Assembly: GCA_032718475.1 (NCBI GenBank)
Contig: JAUCBJ010006218.1
Span: 126,836-190,835 of the forward strand
Direction: 5' to 3'
Length of the DNA stretch: 64,000 bases
Source of the DNA: Nemertoderma westbladi
Taxonomy: Eukaryota; Animalia; Xenacoelomorpha
In this document: positions 33,201-46,138 of the stretch, piece by piece
Layout of the letters: each line of letters opens with the position of its first letter
Position numbering within the stretch: position 1 is the stretch's first letter
Translations under genes and position numbers: made by a program
The notes under the pieces: generated by a model
Database searches by the model: none
What the model was told of the DNA's origin: nothing
Seen by the model: only the letters and a program-made list of their open reading frames with translations

Positions 33201-34689
33201 CAGTATTGTAAATAAGACCTTTTTTGTTTATGTCTATGCGATTTTTACTGTACATAGGACTATTTTACTCCAGGATATCAGGCAGTATTGTAAATAAGAT
33301 CTTTTTTGTTTATGTCTATGCGATTTTTACTGTACATAGGACTATTTTACTCCAGGATATCAGGCAGTATTGTAAATAAGACCTTTTTTGTTTATGTCTA
33401 TGCGATTTTTACTGTACATAGGACTATTTTACTCCAGGATATCAGGCAGTATTGTACATAAGACCTTTTTTGTTTATGTCTATGCGATTTTTACTGTACA
33501 TAGGACTATTTTACTCCAGGATATCAGGCAGTATTGTTCATAAGACCTTTTTTGTTTATGTCTATGCGATTTTTACTGTACATAGGACTATTTTACTCCA
33601 GGATATCAGGCAGTATTGTAAATAAGATCTTTTTTGTTTATGTCTATGCGATTTTTACTGTACATAGGACTATTTTACTCCAGGATATCAGGCAGTATTG
33701 TAAATAAGACCTTTTTTGTTTATGTCTATGCGATTTTTACTGTACATAGGACTATTTTACTCCAGGATATCAGGCAGTATTGTAAATAAGATCTTTTTTG
33801 TTTATGTCTATGCGATTTTTACTGTGCATAGGACTATTTTACTCCAGGATATCAGGCAGTATTGTAAATAAGATCTTTTTTGTTTATGTCTATGCGATTT
33901 TTACTGTACATAGGACTATTTTACTCCAGGATATCAGGCAGTATTGTAAATAAGACCTTTTTTGTTTATGTCTATGCGATTTTTACTGTACATAGGACTA
34001 TTTTACTCCAGGATATCAGGCAGTATTGTACATAAGACCTTTATTGTTTATGTCTATGCGATTTTTACTGTACATAGGACTATTTTACTCCAGGATATCA
34101 GGCAGTATTGTAAATAAGACCTTTTTTGTTTATGTCTATGCGATTTTTACTGTACATAGGACTATTTTACTCCAGGATATCAGGCAGTATTGTACATAAG
34201 ACCTTTATTGTTTATGTCTATGCGATTTTTACTGTACATAGGACTATTTTACTCCAGGATATCAGGCAGTATTGTAAATAAGACCTTTTTTGTTTATGTC
34301 TATGCGATTTTTACTGTACATAGGACTATTTTACTCCAGGATATCAGGCAGTATTGTAAATAAGATCTTTTTTGTTTATGTCTATGCGATTTTTACTGTA
34401 CATAGGACTATTTTACTCCAGGATATCAGGCAGTATTGTAAATAAGACCTTTTTTGTTTATGTCTATGCGATTTTTACTGTACATAGGACTATTTTACTC
34501 CAGGATATCAGGCAGTATTGTAAATAAGACCTTTTTTGTTTATGTCTATGCGATTTTTACTGTACATAGGACTATTTTACTCCAGGATATCAGGCAGTAT
34601 TGTACATAAGACCTTTTTTGTTTATGTCTATGCGATTTTTACTGTACATAGGACTATTTTACTCCAGGATATCAAGCAGTATTGTTCAT
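30213..34689. repeat. 82-bp tandem array (~54 copies)
   Basis: Unit GGACTATTTTACTCCAGGATATCAGGCAGTATTGT(A/T)CATAAGACCTTTTTTGTTTATGTCTATGCGATTTTTACTGTACATA. Confidence 0.97.
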
Positions 34690-34713
34690 ATGATCTCAGA
34701 ACCTTCCTTATTG
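34652..34713 (+). CDS. Possible small anoctamin exon starting in the last 82-bp unit
   Basis: ACATAG acceptor and GTTAGT donor (the same donor is used at 52758). Reads TILLQDIKQYCSYDLRTFLI and is phase-compatible with the acceptor at 34783. Homology is weak. Confidence 0.35.
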
Positions 34714-34783
34714 GTTAGTTAAGTTAGGTCTCATTGTACCTCTGTATGAGTGGAACTCTGATTCTGGACCTTTTTATGCTCAG

Positions 34784-34941
34784 CCCTTCCATTATATCGC
34801 AGTACAACGTCCCCCAATGTTAGCATTGGGGTGGTGGACGGGGTAGAAGTCGCCCAACCTGAAGAAGTCACCGACGCCTATTACTTTTACGACGAAAGAG
34901 TCGAACTACACGAGACCTGGACGAGGTGGTTTAAATTCCAG
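34784..34941 (+). CDS. ANO: Anoctamin (TMEM16) exon, pre-TM1 (5' end 34784 or 34803)
   Basis: ...DERVELHETWTRWFKFQ | GTGAG; joins PLWKIRNYFGEK. Confidence 0.8.
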
Positions 34942-35524
34942 GTGAGGTATTCCTATATTCCTTAAAAGTGCAAAGTAAAGTGTAAGTTTTTGTTACAACA
35001 TGAAACACGTAACACAGAAGGTTACGTTATACGTTACGTTACGTCCTTCTGTTACCATTGTTGTTAAGGCATGCAGGGCGCCACACTTACTCCCAAGGCT
35101 ACAGCCGTTAGTCGGACTTTATTGAGCCACTGTTGCGACTCAATGCTGTCAGAAGGGCCCAAAATGGGGTAAAAAAGATACAACAATATATAACGAAACT
35201 TAGTTTATTGTTTTGGTAATTTGAAAAACTATCAGTGTAACAACTGCTAATTTCCCATAATAATAGTCCCAGGTTCTTTATTAAATCCACTTAAAACCAT
35301 TTTTTTAAGTGTCATTCAAAAAGAACGCCTGAGTAAATTCTCAGTTTTTCAAACTCCCTCTAGTTGGGACCTGCTAAATTTGTTTTTATTTTTCATATTA
35401 ATTGGTGGTTGGCAGACATTCTCCCATATTGTATGCAGATGTGAGGAGGGGGGAGGGGGGGGGGGGGTGCTGAGAAATCGACGCAAATAACAGCTGATTA
35501 ATTTCAAAAGTAGAACTTTTTTTT

Positions 35525-36270
35525 TTACTTTAGTTTATTGTTTTGGTTATAATCCGTGCCATTGTAACCTGCTCCTTTACTTTAGTTTATTGTTTTGGTT
35601 ATAATCCGTGCCATTGTAACCTGCTCCTTTACTTTAGTTTATTGTTTTGGTTATAATACCGTGCCATTGTAACCTGCTCCTTTACTTTAGTTTATTGTTT
35701 TGGTTATAATACCGTGCCATTGTAACCTGCTCCTTTACTTTAGTTTATTGTTTTGGTTATAATACCGTGCCATTGTAACCTGCTCCTTTACTTTAGTTTA
35801 TTGTTTTGGTTATAATCCGTGCCATTGTAACCTGCTCCTTTACTTTAGTTTATTGTTTTGGTTATAATACCGTGCCATTGTAACCTGCTCCTTTACTTTA
35901 GTTTATTGTTTTGGTTATAATACCGTGCCATTGTAACCTGCTCCTTTACTTTAGTTTATTGTTTTGGTTATAATCCGTGCCATTGTAACCTGCTCCTTTA
36001 CTTTAGTTTATTGTTTTGGTTATAATACCGTGCCATTGTAACCTGCTCCTTTACTTTAGTTTATTGTTTTGGTTATAATCCGTGCCATTGTAACCTGCTC
36101 CTTTACTTTAGTTTATTGTTTTGGTTATAATCCGTGCCATTGTAACCTGCTCCTTTACTTTAGTTTATTGTTTTGGTTATAATACCGTGCCATTGTAACC
36201 TGCTCCTTTACTTTAGTTTATTGTTTTGGTTATAATACCGTGCCATTGTAACCTGCTCCTTTACTTTAGT
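35525..36270. repeat. 52/53-bp tandem array (~14 copies) derived from a dispersed repeat
   Basis: TTACTTTAGTTTATTGTTTTGGTTATAAT(A)CCGTGCCATTGTAACCTGCTCCT; related single copies at ~37270-37322 (reverse) and ~44650-44700. Confidence 0.93.
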
Positions 36271-36351
36271 TGATAAATTTAACATTGAGACGAAATATTA
36301 ATTGAATTACAATCGCAATTTATACAAATTAATCTTATTTACTTTTTTCAG

Positions 36352-36485
36352 CCTCTGTGGAAAATTAGAAACTATTTTGGGGAGAAAATAGCGATGTACT
36401 TCGCCTGGCAGGGTGTGTTAATGACGTCATTAATTGTTCCGGCACTCTTTGGGTTTGCTGTGTTCCTGTATGGGGTGTACGGAAG
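36352..36485 (+). CDS. ANO: Anoctamin exon (TM1)
   Basis: TTTTTTCAG | PLWKIRNYFGEKIAMYFAWQGVLMTSLIVPALFGFAVFLYGVYG | GTGAG; hallmark YFGEK motif. Confidence 0.95.
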
Positions 36486-37191
36486 GTGAGATATTATTAT
36501 TAATTATCACTTATTTAAAACTTTATTTAAATAATTATATTTAGTGGAATTAGAAGTTTATTTAATTATTGACTTACATGATTTTGATATATATTTGTTA
36601 CGTTAATGATGATGATTGGATGGATATGGAGTTATTGTTTTATTGTATATCTTTACATAATTGTGGAGGTTAATTATTGGCAAATTAACTGGATGCGATA
36701 AGTTTTAATCAGTTTTCTTCGTAAACCATATATATGGCCTCTGTAGTCTGTCTGATGATTTACTTGGTTTATTGTTTTGGTTTGTTTAGTTTTGGTTTAA
36801 TAACCTGAGCCCCAAGTTTTTTTTAGTTAACATGATATAATAAAATTAAAGCAATTATTTATATTTGAAAGGTTAACTAATAATAATGAATTTAAATAGG
36901 TCTGTTTCCCCTTATTGGTTTGATATATAGCTAACAGCTGAATGTTACGCTTTAACTATTACTTTTAAGAGATATTATCCCTCCAGATGGATGTTTTATT
37001 TACTGTAAATTACATTGTTACTATATTTTTATTTTTATATTTAATTTAATTATTTTTCATCCATCTTGAACTATAAACGTACTCACCAGAGCAGCGGATA
37101 TTAGTATATTGTTTAATAATTTTAATTACCATGTTTTCTCTGTAACAAAACCTCTAATTACGTAAATAATCTTCGCTAAAATTAATAATTG

Positions 37192-37431
37192 GAGACAGGG
37201 GGTGAAACTGGACGGAAAACCCGCCTTGGCGAATTAATTTCCCGCCTCAATGTTAAATTCTCAATTTAGGGAAAGGATCAGGTTACAGTGGCACGTTATT
37301 TTAATCAAAACAATAAACTAAGCACTATAGAACACGTTACAGTTTTATTTTTGAGAGAAATCAGCTGTTATTTGCGTCCAATTTCCCCTGAAGATGGATA
37401 CATTTTTATTACGTCCAGTTTACCCCCTATC
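37192..37431. mobile_element. Putative MITE with imperfect TIRs
   Basis: AGACAGGGGGGTGAAACTGGACG ... CGTCCAGTTTACCCCCTATCT; internal sequence recurs at ~35480-36290 and ~44650-44755. Confidence 0.5.
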
Positions 37432-37479
37432 TGAATAATTGTTGATATTTTATATATTTAATTGCACTTTATAGCATTT

Positions 37480-40400
37480 AGTTTAGACATAGAGAGAGGT
37501 GGGGGGAGGATTAATGTTCGCCAGGACCGAGTTTAGACATAGAGAGAGGTGGGGGAGGATTAATGTTCGCCAGGACCGAGTTTAGACATAGAGAGAGGTG
37601 GGGGAGGATTAATGTTCGCCAGGGCCGAGTTTAGACACAGAGAGAGGTGGGGGAGGATTAATGTTCGCCAGGACCGAGTTTAGACATAGAGAGAGGTGGG
37701 GGAGGATTAATGTTCGCCAGGACCGAGTTTAGACACAGAGAGAGGTGGGGGAGGATTAATGTTCGCCAGGACCGAGTTTAGACATAGAGAGAGGTGGGGG
37801 AGGATTAATGTTCGCCAGGACCGAGTTTAGACATAGATAGAGGTGGGGGAGGATTAATGTTCGCCAGGACCGAGTTTAGACATAGAGAGAGGTGGGGGAG
37901 GATTAATGTTCGCCAGGACCGAGTTTAGACACAGAGAGAGGTGGGGGAGGATTAATGTTCGCCAGGACCGAGTTTAGACATAGAGAGAGGTGGGGGAGGA
38001 TTAATGTTCGCCAGGACCGAGTTTAGACACAGAGAGAGGTGGGGGAGGATTAATGTTCGCCAGGACCGAGTTTAGACATAGAGAGAGGTGGGGGAGGATT
38101 AATGTTCGCCAGGACCGAGTTTAGACACAGAGAGAGGTGGGGGAGGATTAATGTTCGCCAGGACCGAGTTTAGACATAGAGAGAGGTGGGGGAGGATTAA
38201 TGTTCGCCAGGACCGAGTTTAGACACAGAGAGAGGTGGGGGAGGATTAATGTTCGCCAGGACCGAGTTTAGACACAGAGAGAGGTGGGGGAGGATTAATG
38301 TTCGCCAGGACCGAGTTTAGACATAGAGAGAGGTGGGGGAGGATTAATGTTCGCCAGGACCGAGTTTAGACACAGAGAGAGGTGGGGGGAGGATTAATGT
38401 TCGCCAGGACCGAGTTTAGACATAGAGAGAGGTGGGGGAGGATTAATGTTCGCCAGGACCGAGTTTAGACACAGAGAGAGGTGGGGGAGGATTAATGTTC
38501 GCCAGGACCGAGTTTAGACATAGATAGAGGTGGGGGAGGATTAATGTTCGCCAGGACCGAGTTTAGACACAGAGAGAGGTGGGGGAGGATTAATGTTCGC
38601 CAGGACCGAGTTTAGACATAGAGAGAGGTGGGGGAGGATTAATGTTCGCCAGGACCGAGTTTAGACATAGATAGAGGTGGGGGAGGATTAATGTTCGCCA
38701 GGACCGAGTTTAGACATAGAGAGAGGTGGGGGAGGATTAATGTTCGCCAGGACCGAGTTTAGACACAGAGAGAGGTGGGGGAGGATTAATGTTCGCCAGG
38801 ACCGAGTTTAGACATAGAGAGAGGTGGGGGAGGATTAATGTTCGCCAGGACCGAGTTTAGACATAGAGAGAGGTGGGGGAGGATTAATGTTCGCCAGGAC
38901 CGAGTTTAGACATAGAGAGAGGTGGGGGAGGATTAATGTTCGCCAGGACCGAGTTTAGACACAGAGAGAGGTGGGGGAGGATTAATGTTCGCCAGGACCG
39001 AGTTTAGACATAGAGAGAGGTGGGGGAGGATTAATGTTCGCCAGGACCGAGTTTAGACACAGAGAGAGGTGGGGGAGGATTAATGTTCGCCAGGACCGAG
39101 TTTAGACATAGAGAGAGGTGGGGGAGGATTAATGTTCGCCAGGACCGAGTTTAGACACAGAGAGAGGTGGGGGAGGATTAATGTTCGCCAGGACCGAGTT
39201 TAGACATAGAGAGAGGTGGGGGAGGATTAATGTTCGCCAGGACCGAGTTTAGACACAGAGAGAGGTGGGGGAGGATTAATGTTCGCCAGGACCGAGTTTA
39301 GACATAGAGAGAGGTGGGGGAGGATTAATGTTCGCCAGGACCGAGTTTAGACACAGAGAGAGGTGGGGGAGGATTAATGTTCGCCAGGACCGAGTTTAGA
39401 CATAGAGAGAGGTGGGGGAGGATTAATGTTCGCCAGGACCGAGTTTAGACACAGAGAGAGGTGGGGGAGGATTAATGTTCGCCAGGACCGAGTTTAGACA
39501 TAGAGAGAGGTGGGGGAGGATTAATGTTCGCCAGGACCGAGTTTAGACATAGATAGAGGTGGGGGAGGATTAATGTTCGCCAGGACCGAGTTTAGACATA
39601 GAGAGAGGTGGGGGAGGATTAATGTTCGCCAGGACCGAGTTTAGACACAGAGAGAGGTGGGGGAGGATTAATGTTCGACAGGACCGAGTTTAGACATAGA
39701 GAGAGGTGGGGGAGGATTAATGTTCGCCAGGACCGAGTTTAGACACAGAGAGAGGTGGGGGAGGATTAATGTTCGCCAGGACCGAGTTTAGACATAGAGA
39801 GAGGTGGGGGAGGATTAATGTTCGCCAGGACCGAGTTTAGACACAGAGAGAGGTGGGGGAGGATTAATGTTCGCCAGGACCGAGTTTAGACATAGAGAGA
39901 GGTGGGGGAGGATTAATGTTCGCCAGGACCGAGTTTAGACATAGAGAGAGGTGGGGGAGGATTAATGTTCGCAGTTCGCCAGGACCGAGTTTAGACACAG
40001 AGAGAGGTGGGGGAGGATTAATGTTCGCCAGGACCGAGTTTAGACACAGAGAGAGGTGGGGGAGGATTAATGTTCGCCAGGACCGAGTTTAGACACAGAG
40101 AGAGGTGGGGGAGGATTAATGTTCGCCAGGACCGAGTTTAGACATAGAGAGAGGTGGGGGAGGATTAATGTTCGCCAGGACCGAGTTTAGACACAGAGAG
40201 AGGTGGGGGAGGATTAATGTTCGCCAGGACCGAGTTTAGACATAGAGAGAGGTGGGGGAGGATTAATGTTCGCCAGGGCCGAGTTTAGACATAGATAGAG
40301 GTGGGGGAGGATTAATGTTCGCCAGGACCGAGTTTAGACATAGAGAGAGGTGGGGGAGGATTAATGTTCGCCAGGACCGAGTTTAGACACAGAGAGAGGT

Positions 40401-40970
40401 GGGGGAGGATTAATGTTCGCCAGGACCGAGTTTAGACATAGAGAGAGGTGGGGGAGGATTAATGTTCGCCAGGACCGAGTTTAGACACAGAGAGAGGTGG
40501 GGGAGGATTAATGTTCGCCAGGACCGAGTTTAGACATAGAGAGAGGTGGAGGAGGATTAATGTTCGCCAGGACCGAGTTTAGACATAGAGAGAGGTGGGG
40601 GAGGATTAATGTTCGCCAGGACCGAGTTTAGACACAGAGATAGGTGGGGGAGGATTAATGTTCGCCAGGGCCGAGTTTAGACACAGAGAGAGGTGGGGGA
40701 GGATTAATGTTCGCCAGGACCGAGTTTAGACACAGAGAGAGGTGGGGGAGGATTAATGTTCGCCAGGACCGAGTTTAGACACAGAGAGAGGTGGGGGAGG
40801 ATTAATGTTCGCCAGGACCGAGTTTAGACATAGAGAGAGGTGGGGGAGGATTAATGTTCGCCAGGACCGAGTTTAGACATAGAGAGAGGTGGGGGAGGAT
40901 TAATGTTCGCCAGGACCGAGTTTAGACACAGAGAGAGGTGGGGGAAGATTAATGTTCGCCAGGACCGAGT
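37480..40970. repeat. 49-bp G-rich tandem array (~71 copies)
   Basis: GAGTTTAGACA(T/C)AGAGAGAGGTGGGGGAGGATTAATGTTCGCCAGGACC. Confidence 0.97.
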
Positions 40971-41126
40971 TCTTTATGATCATTCATTCCCCACTGACTC
41001 ACAACATTAATTAAATTATTATAGATTCCCCACGTTTGTATGACAAGAATGGTTGGACCCTAACTTTAACTCGATTATCATATTCTCGTACTATTTTATT
41101 TATAATATGAATTATTTTTCGTCCAG

Positions 41127-41245
41127 CGCCTCAGATCATAAAGATTTGAATAAAAATACCGATTTAGATTCGGTGCTGCGGATAGTCCAGAAGAGTCTGG
41201 ATAACTACTCCACGCCCTGGTACGCACTGATCATATGTCTGTGGG
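41127..41245 (+). CDS. ANO: Anoctamin alternative exon A (TM1-TM2 loop and TM2 start)
   Basis: TCCAG | (S)ASDHKDLNKNTDLDSVLRIVQKSLDNYSTPWYALIICLW(G) | GTAAG; phase 2 to 1. Confidence 0.88.
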
Positions 41246-42789
41246 GTAAGCTAGCAACAGATCTAATTACCACGGCAACCGGCATGATTAGCCCTACTAA
41301 TCGTGTTTGAAATGTAATTGTATTTGATTGTTTAAACATTAAATGTATTTCGCACTTTTTCTGGTTTATCCATTTTTTCGTTAGTGGCCAGTTCGTTTTG
41401 TGTCGATGTTATAATAATTACCCTCACTGTTCCAACCCTGACACCTTTCCTTTTGCGTATATTTTTATAACGAACATCACGTCCTATGGGGGAGGGTACA
41501 GCATACCTAAATGGGAAGTCGATTATTTACACAAAATTAATAACAAATTTAATTATAACAATTTATGAAAAATTAATTAATAACAAAATATTCAGCACGG
41601 GTGGGACGAGGTTTTTATTTGTGATAAAACAAACGTCTTTATTGAGCATGTGCTGAGCATAATATAAGATAATTCGGAATTCTGATCGAAGCTGCTTAAA
41701 TTTCGTGAATACCTTCCTGCTCACATTGTTATTGAATCACGAATGTTTGATTGTTAATGTATCTTAAATTACTAAACCTAATTATTTTTATGCCAATAAT
41801 CAATATTTTTTTCAAGCTTTTTTTTCACTTTTCTAACTTTTATTCAATGGAGATATTATTATGAATTCTCTATATTTAAAGTATTTGACCAATTTTATTT
41901 GTTGTTTTTAAGTGAGATGGTTTATTGGCCAACTTAATTTTACATTAATTAATCTCAAAAGACATAATTATACGCACATTTAATTTCTAGAAAGTTCATC
42001 TGCACTACGTTAAGGTATAATCATGAAATTTAAAAGATTTGACCCAGTATTTTATATGTAGGCTTTATTCGATTTTTGGAACTTTATTCAATATTTTAGG
42101 TTTTATTATTCCAAAATTCTGAGATTAATTTTGAACCAATAAATATCTAGAAATTTTCTAACTAGAAAAACTTCAAAAAAAAGCTTGAAAAATAGCAGCG
42201 CGGAAACGGGCCTAAAAATAAATATTGTATATCTTAACAGGTAAATAATCCTAAAACAATATAGTCCTATTTATTATTTAAAATATAAATTATTCCAAGG
42301 ATAAAACAGCTGATTATTCCTAAATGTGTTTATTTGTGGTTTCCAAGGTAACTAACTATTTTAGTGTGTTCGGACTGAGTATTTACTGGTATAGCTTAGT
42401 CTAGTAGTTTAGTTCAGTTGTGATGTTACTGTAACTGGAATTACAAGAATCATTTTATATACTAAGTTTATTATTAAATAGTTTGTCATATTAAATAATA
42501 ATGTACTATTTATTACTATTTAGGTAAACGAAATATATTTTTTCCCTCTTACTCTTAGATATATAGTTCGACAACCAGCGGTTAACTTGGGTGTTTTAAG
42601 GGAAAATGTAATTACTTTCTTGTAAGACCAAATTGCCATTTCATCCAGTTATAGCCTTTTCACCGGATAGACGTTGGATATTTGGTGTGTCTAACGAATA
42701 ACAAAATACTGGCTCATAGCAGGTGTACAGCAGTATGAGTACACAGCACGAGAATTACAGCGATTTTTCAATATGTGTAACAATGTATG

Positions 42790-42885
42790 TTGGTTGAACG
42801 CCGGGCCTGCAATCTATTGGTTGTAGGTTCGACCCCCGCCAGGGTCCACTCGGCCTTCACTCCTTGTGGTCGTCTCCCGGCTTCG
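42790..42885 (+). mobile_element. tRNA-derived SINE fragment
   Basis: B-box GGTTCGACCC followed by GTCCACTCGGCCTTCACTCC, which resembles the Nin/Deu SINE central domain. Confidence 0.55.
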
Positions 42886-42944
42886 ACCTAAACTACTTTT
42901 GTTGGTTCTTATTTATTATCTGGTGTCTCAAACCATTTATATAG

Positions 42945-43069
42945 CGTAACAGACTACCTCCACTCCACAACTACAACCTCAGCCAATATTACTTCAGCAA
43001 TTAACGTAGTTAATCGAAGTTTCGACAACCAGGCCACCCCTTGGTACGCACTTATTATATGTTTATGGG
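42945..43069 (+). CDS. ANO: Anoctamin alternative exon B (paralogue of exon A)
   Basis: TATAG | (S)VTDYLHSTTTTSANITSAINVVNRSFDNQATPWYALIICLW(G) | GTAAG; phase 2 to 1. Confidence 0.88.
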
Positions 43070-44514
43070 GTAAGTTTCAAACGTGGAATTTATATTCACG
43101 AAATGACTTAAAGTTTTTATTGATTTTGAAATATCTTTCAATAAATATAATATATTTAATTTGATGAACTAATTAATTTACTGCTGTCACAGCCTTACAA
43201 GTTGACAATTAATATTTCTGGAGACAAATTTTTGATTAACTTTATTGTTGAACTCTATATAAAGTGTAATAGTATAAAGTATAGAGTGTAATTTATTTAA
43301 CTTAGAGGGTAATTTTGCAAATTCAATTATGGGGAATTCTATTCTATTCTAGAGTAGTATTTTATTTCAGTAATCATACATACAACTGTACTATTTTATT
43401 TATTTATTTTTTTTTACATTTTATTAATTATTTCATTTTACATTTCCCACCGTAGTTAATCTTCTGCTGGATTGTTTTCTTTTTTACTTTTTACTTAATA
43501 TTCACCAGGTCACACTACATTATTACACTACATTATAATAACATAACATTTATTTACAGTATTTCCATAGGTATAAATTTTTTAGCGATTTTAATGACTT
43601 TAATCCCAAGCCATAACAGTATTTTTATTTTCCAGTAATAATACTTTAATAGTAATTTTAATTATTGATCTTTGAACAATTAAAATTAAATTACGTAAAT
43701 AGGTTATAATAATATGACAACTTTTAAGAGTATTTTAAAATTTTTACTGTTTATCACTTTTTAATTCGTCAGCAACTAACGTGCATCCTTACAACCGAAT
43801 AAAACTTTACTTTATTTCACTTAAATTCCATTGAGTTTGTATACTTGTATAGCTAGCTGGCTCTTTGTGGATTCCTAGTTATAGTCAATATAAAATATAT
43901 TAATGCGGGCAGCAGTAGAGCCGACGTAATTATGGGGAATGGGTTCCGTTTCAGGTAGTGCAGGTGGTTTAAGGCGTCGTTCTTATAACGTAACCTTCAT
44001 TGTGAATTATTGATCGAATTCTGTTTCCCGTTATATTGGCTGCAGAGTGCAGAACAGAACAAATGATAATATTCGCATAATATTTTGTTTTTGTGTTAGC
44101 ATGTCCTTGTTATTGGATGCAAGATATTGTTTGTTATTAGCATATTGTTTTTTACCATATATTGTTTGTTATTAGCATATTGTTTTTTAGCATATATTGT
44201 TTGTTTTTTAGCATATGTTATTTGTTTTTTTAGCATATGTTATTTGTTTTTTAGCATATGTTGTTTGTTTTTTAGCATATATTGTATTTGTTTTTTTAGC
44301 ATAATTGTGTTTATGTTTTTTGCATAATATATTGTTTGTTTATCATGTTCGTTCTTTCTAGCAGTTCTTTCATTGTACTCGATTAGATAAAGACGGCCAA
44401 GTACAGCTTGGCACAGTTGCAGCAGATGTTGATATTGCCAGATGGGAGGCCATGAGGACGTAAATTGCTGACATACAAAGTATCAGGTAGTATTTACAGG
44501 TCTACCTTTTACCT

Positions 44515-44590
44515 GAGCGGCTAGCTGAATGGTTAGAGCGTCAGACTTCCAACTCGGAGGACACCAGTTCGATCCCACCTGGACTTTTGG
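44515..44590 (+). mobile_element. tRNA-like SINE head / tRNA pseudogene
   Basis: A-box TAGCTGAATGG, B-box AGTTCGATCC, CTTCCAA loop; acceptor stem does not pair. Confidence 0.5.
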
Positions 44591-45170
44591 ACTGGACGAA
44601 AATAACAGTTGATTGCTCTCAAAAGTTAAACCTTAACCTGTTCTATTGCGTTTAGTTTATTGTTTTGGTTAAAATAACGTGCTACTGTAACATGCTCCTT
44701 TCCCTAAATTGAGAATTTAACATTGAGGCGGCACATTAATTCGCCAAGGCGGGATGGGAGACGACATATTGTGCAATATATCAAGAACTAATTAATTATT
44801 AATTGTTGTGCTCTCGACTTGAACGTTTCCACTACTGAAGGAAGGCCTCTGCTATTTTATACCGATATTTGATGGACTTCCCACTTCCTTGAAATCCCTT
44901 CAATAATAACCATGGAAAATAAATGTTGAGCCCCAATAATAATGGGTTAATTATACATGAAGGGGTCAAAGGGAAAAAAGTGTTTTTCATACGTAATTTT
45001 ATTTCACAATATTTCCCTTTCACCTCCCGTTGCTTAGTAACCAACATATCTGCGTTTGCCACCGATTCTTTAATATTTAGCTCCCAAGCTTAGTACCACT
45101 AGACTTTATGAGGTCGTTATGTTGTGAATGCCTAAATACCAGTAATTCAACGAATTATTAGTTACTGAGT

Positions 45171-45853
45171 GGTGATATTGATCACAGGTATACAGCCAGT
45201 ATTAGTACACGGTGATACTGATCACAGGTATACAGCCAGTATTAGTACACGGTGATACTGATCACAGGTATACAGCCAGTATTAGTACACGGTGATACTG
45301 ATCACAGGTATACAGCCAGTATTAGTACACGGTGATACTGATCACAGGTATACAGCCAGTATTAGTACACGGTGATACTGATCACAGGTATACAGCCAGT
45401 ATTAGTACACGGTGATACTGATCACAGGTATACAGCCAGTATTAGTACACGGTGATACTGATCACAGGTATACAGCCAGTATTAGTACACGGTGATACTG
45501 ATCACAGGTATACAGCCAGTATTAGTACACGGTGATACTGATCACAGGTATACAGCCAGTATTAGTACACGGTGATACTGATCACAGGTATACAGCCAGT
45601 ATTAGTACACGGTGATACTGATCACAGGTATACAGCCAGTATTAGTACACGGTGATACTGATCACAGGTATACAGCCAGTATTAGTACACGGTGATACTG
45701 ATCACAGGTATACAGCCAGTATTAGTACACGGTGATACTGATCACAGGTATACAGCCAGTATTAGTACACGGTGATACTGATCACAGGTATACAGCCAGT
45801 ATTAGTACACGGTGATACTGATCACAGGTATACAGCCAGTATTAGTACACGGT
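45171..45853. repeat. 40-bp tandem array (~17 near-identical copies)
   Basis: GGTGATACTGATCACAGGTATACAGCCAGTATTAGTACAC. Confidence 0.97.
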
Positions 45854-45926
45854 TCAGTAACTTCGGCGATCTTAAGGGAAATAAGTTAAATTTGTTTCAC
45901 CCAAAAAACCGTTTATTTCCCATTAG

Positions 45927-46138
45927 GTACTATATTTCTCGAGCTGTGGAAACGTAAATGCAGCACGGTTGCGTACGAATGGGACGTTATTGAATACGAG
46001 GACGCTGAGCCAGACAGACCTGAGTTCGTAGGGACCGACACCAAAAAGGACCCCGTCACCGGCGTCGATATATTCGTGTACCCGTTCTATAAGCAGCTGC
46101 CTAAATTGGCCGGTTCGTTTTCCGTTTTACTATTTATG
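45927..46138 (+). CDS. ANO: Anoctamin exon (TM2 end, intracellular loop, TM3 start)
   Basis: CATTAG | (G)TIFLELWKRKCSTVAYEWDV..EPDRPEF..KDPVTG..YPFYKQ..FSVLLFM | GTGAG. Confidence 0.95.

Noticed and set aside
44127-44327. Hydrophobic 66-aa ORF
   Set aside because: Degenerate TTAGCATATTGTTT low-complexity repeat.
44515-44590. Functional tRNA-Gly(TCC)
   Set aside because: Acceptor stem does not pair; better explained as a SINE head or pseudogene.
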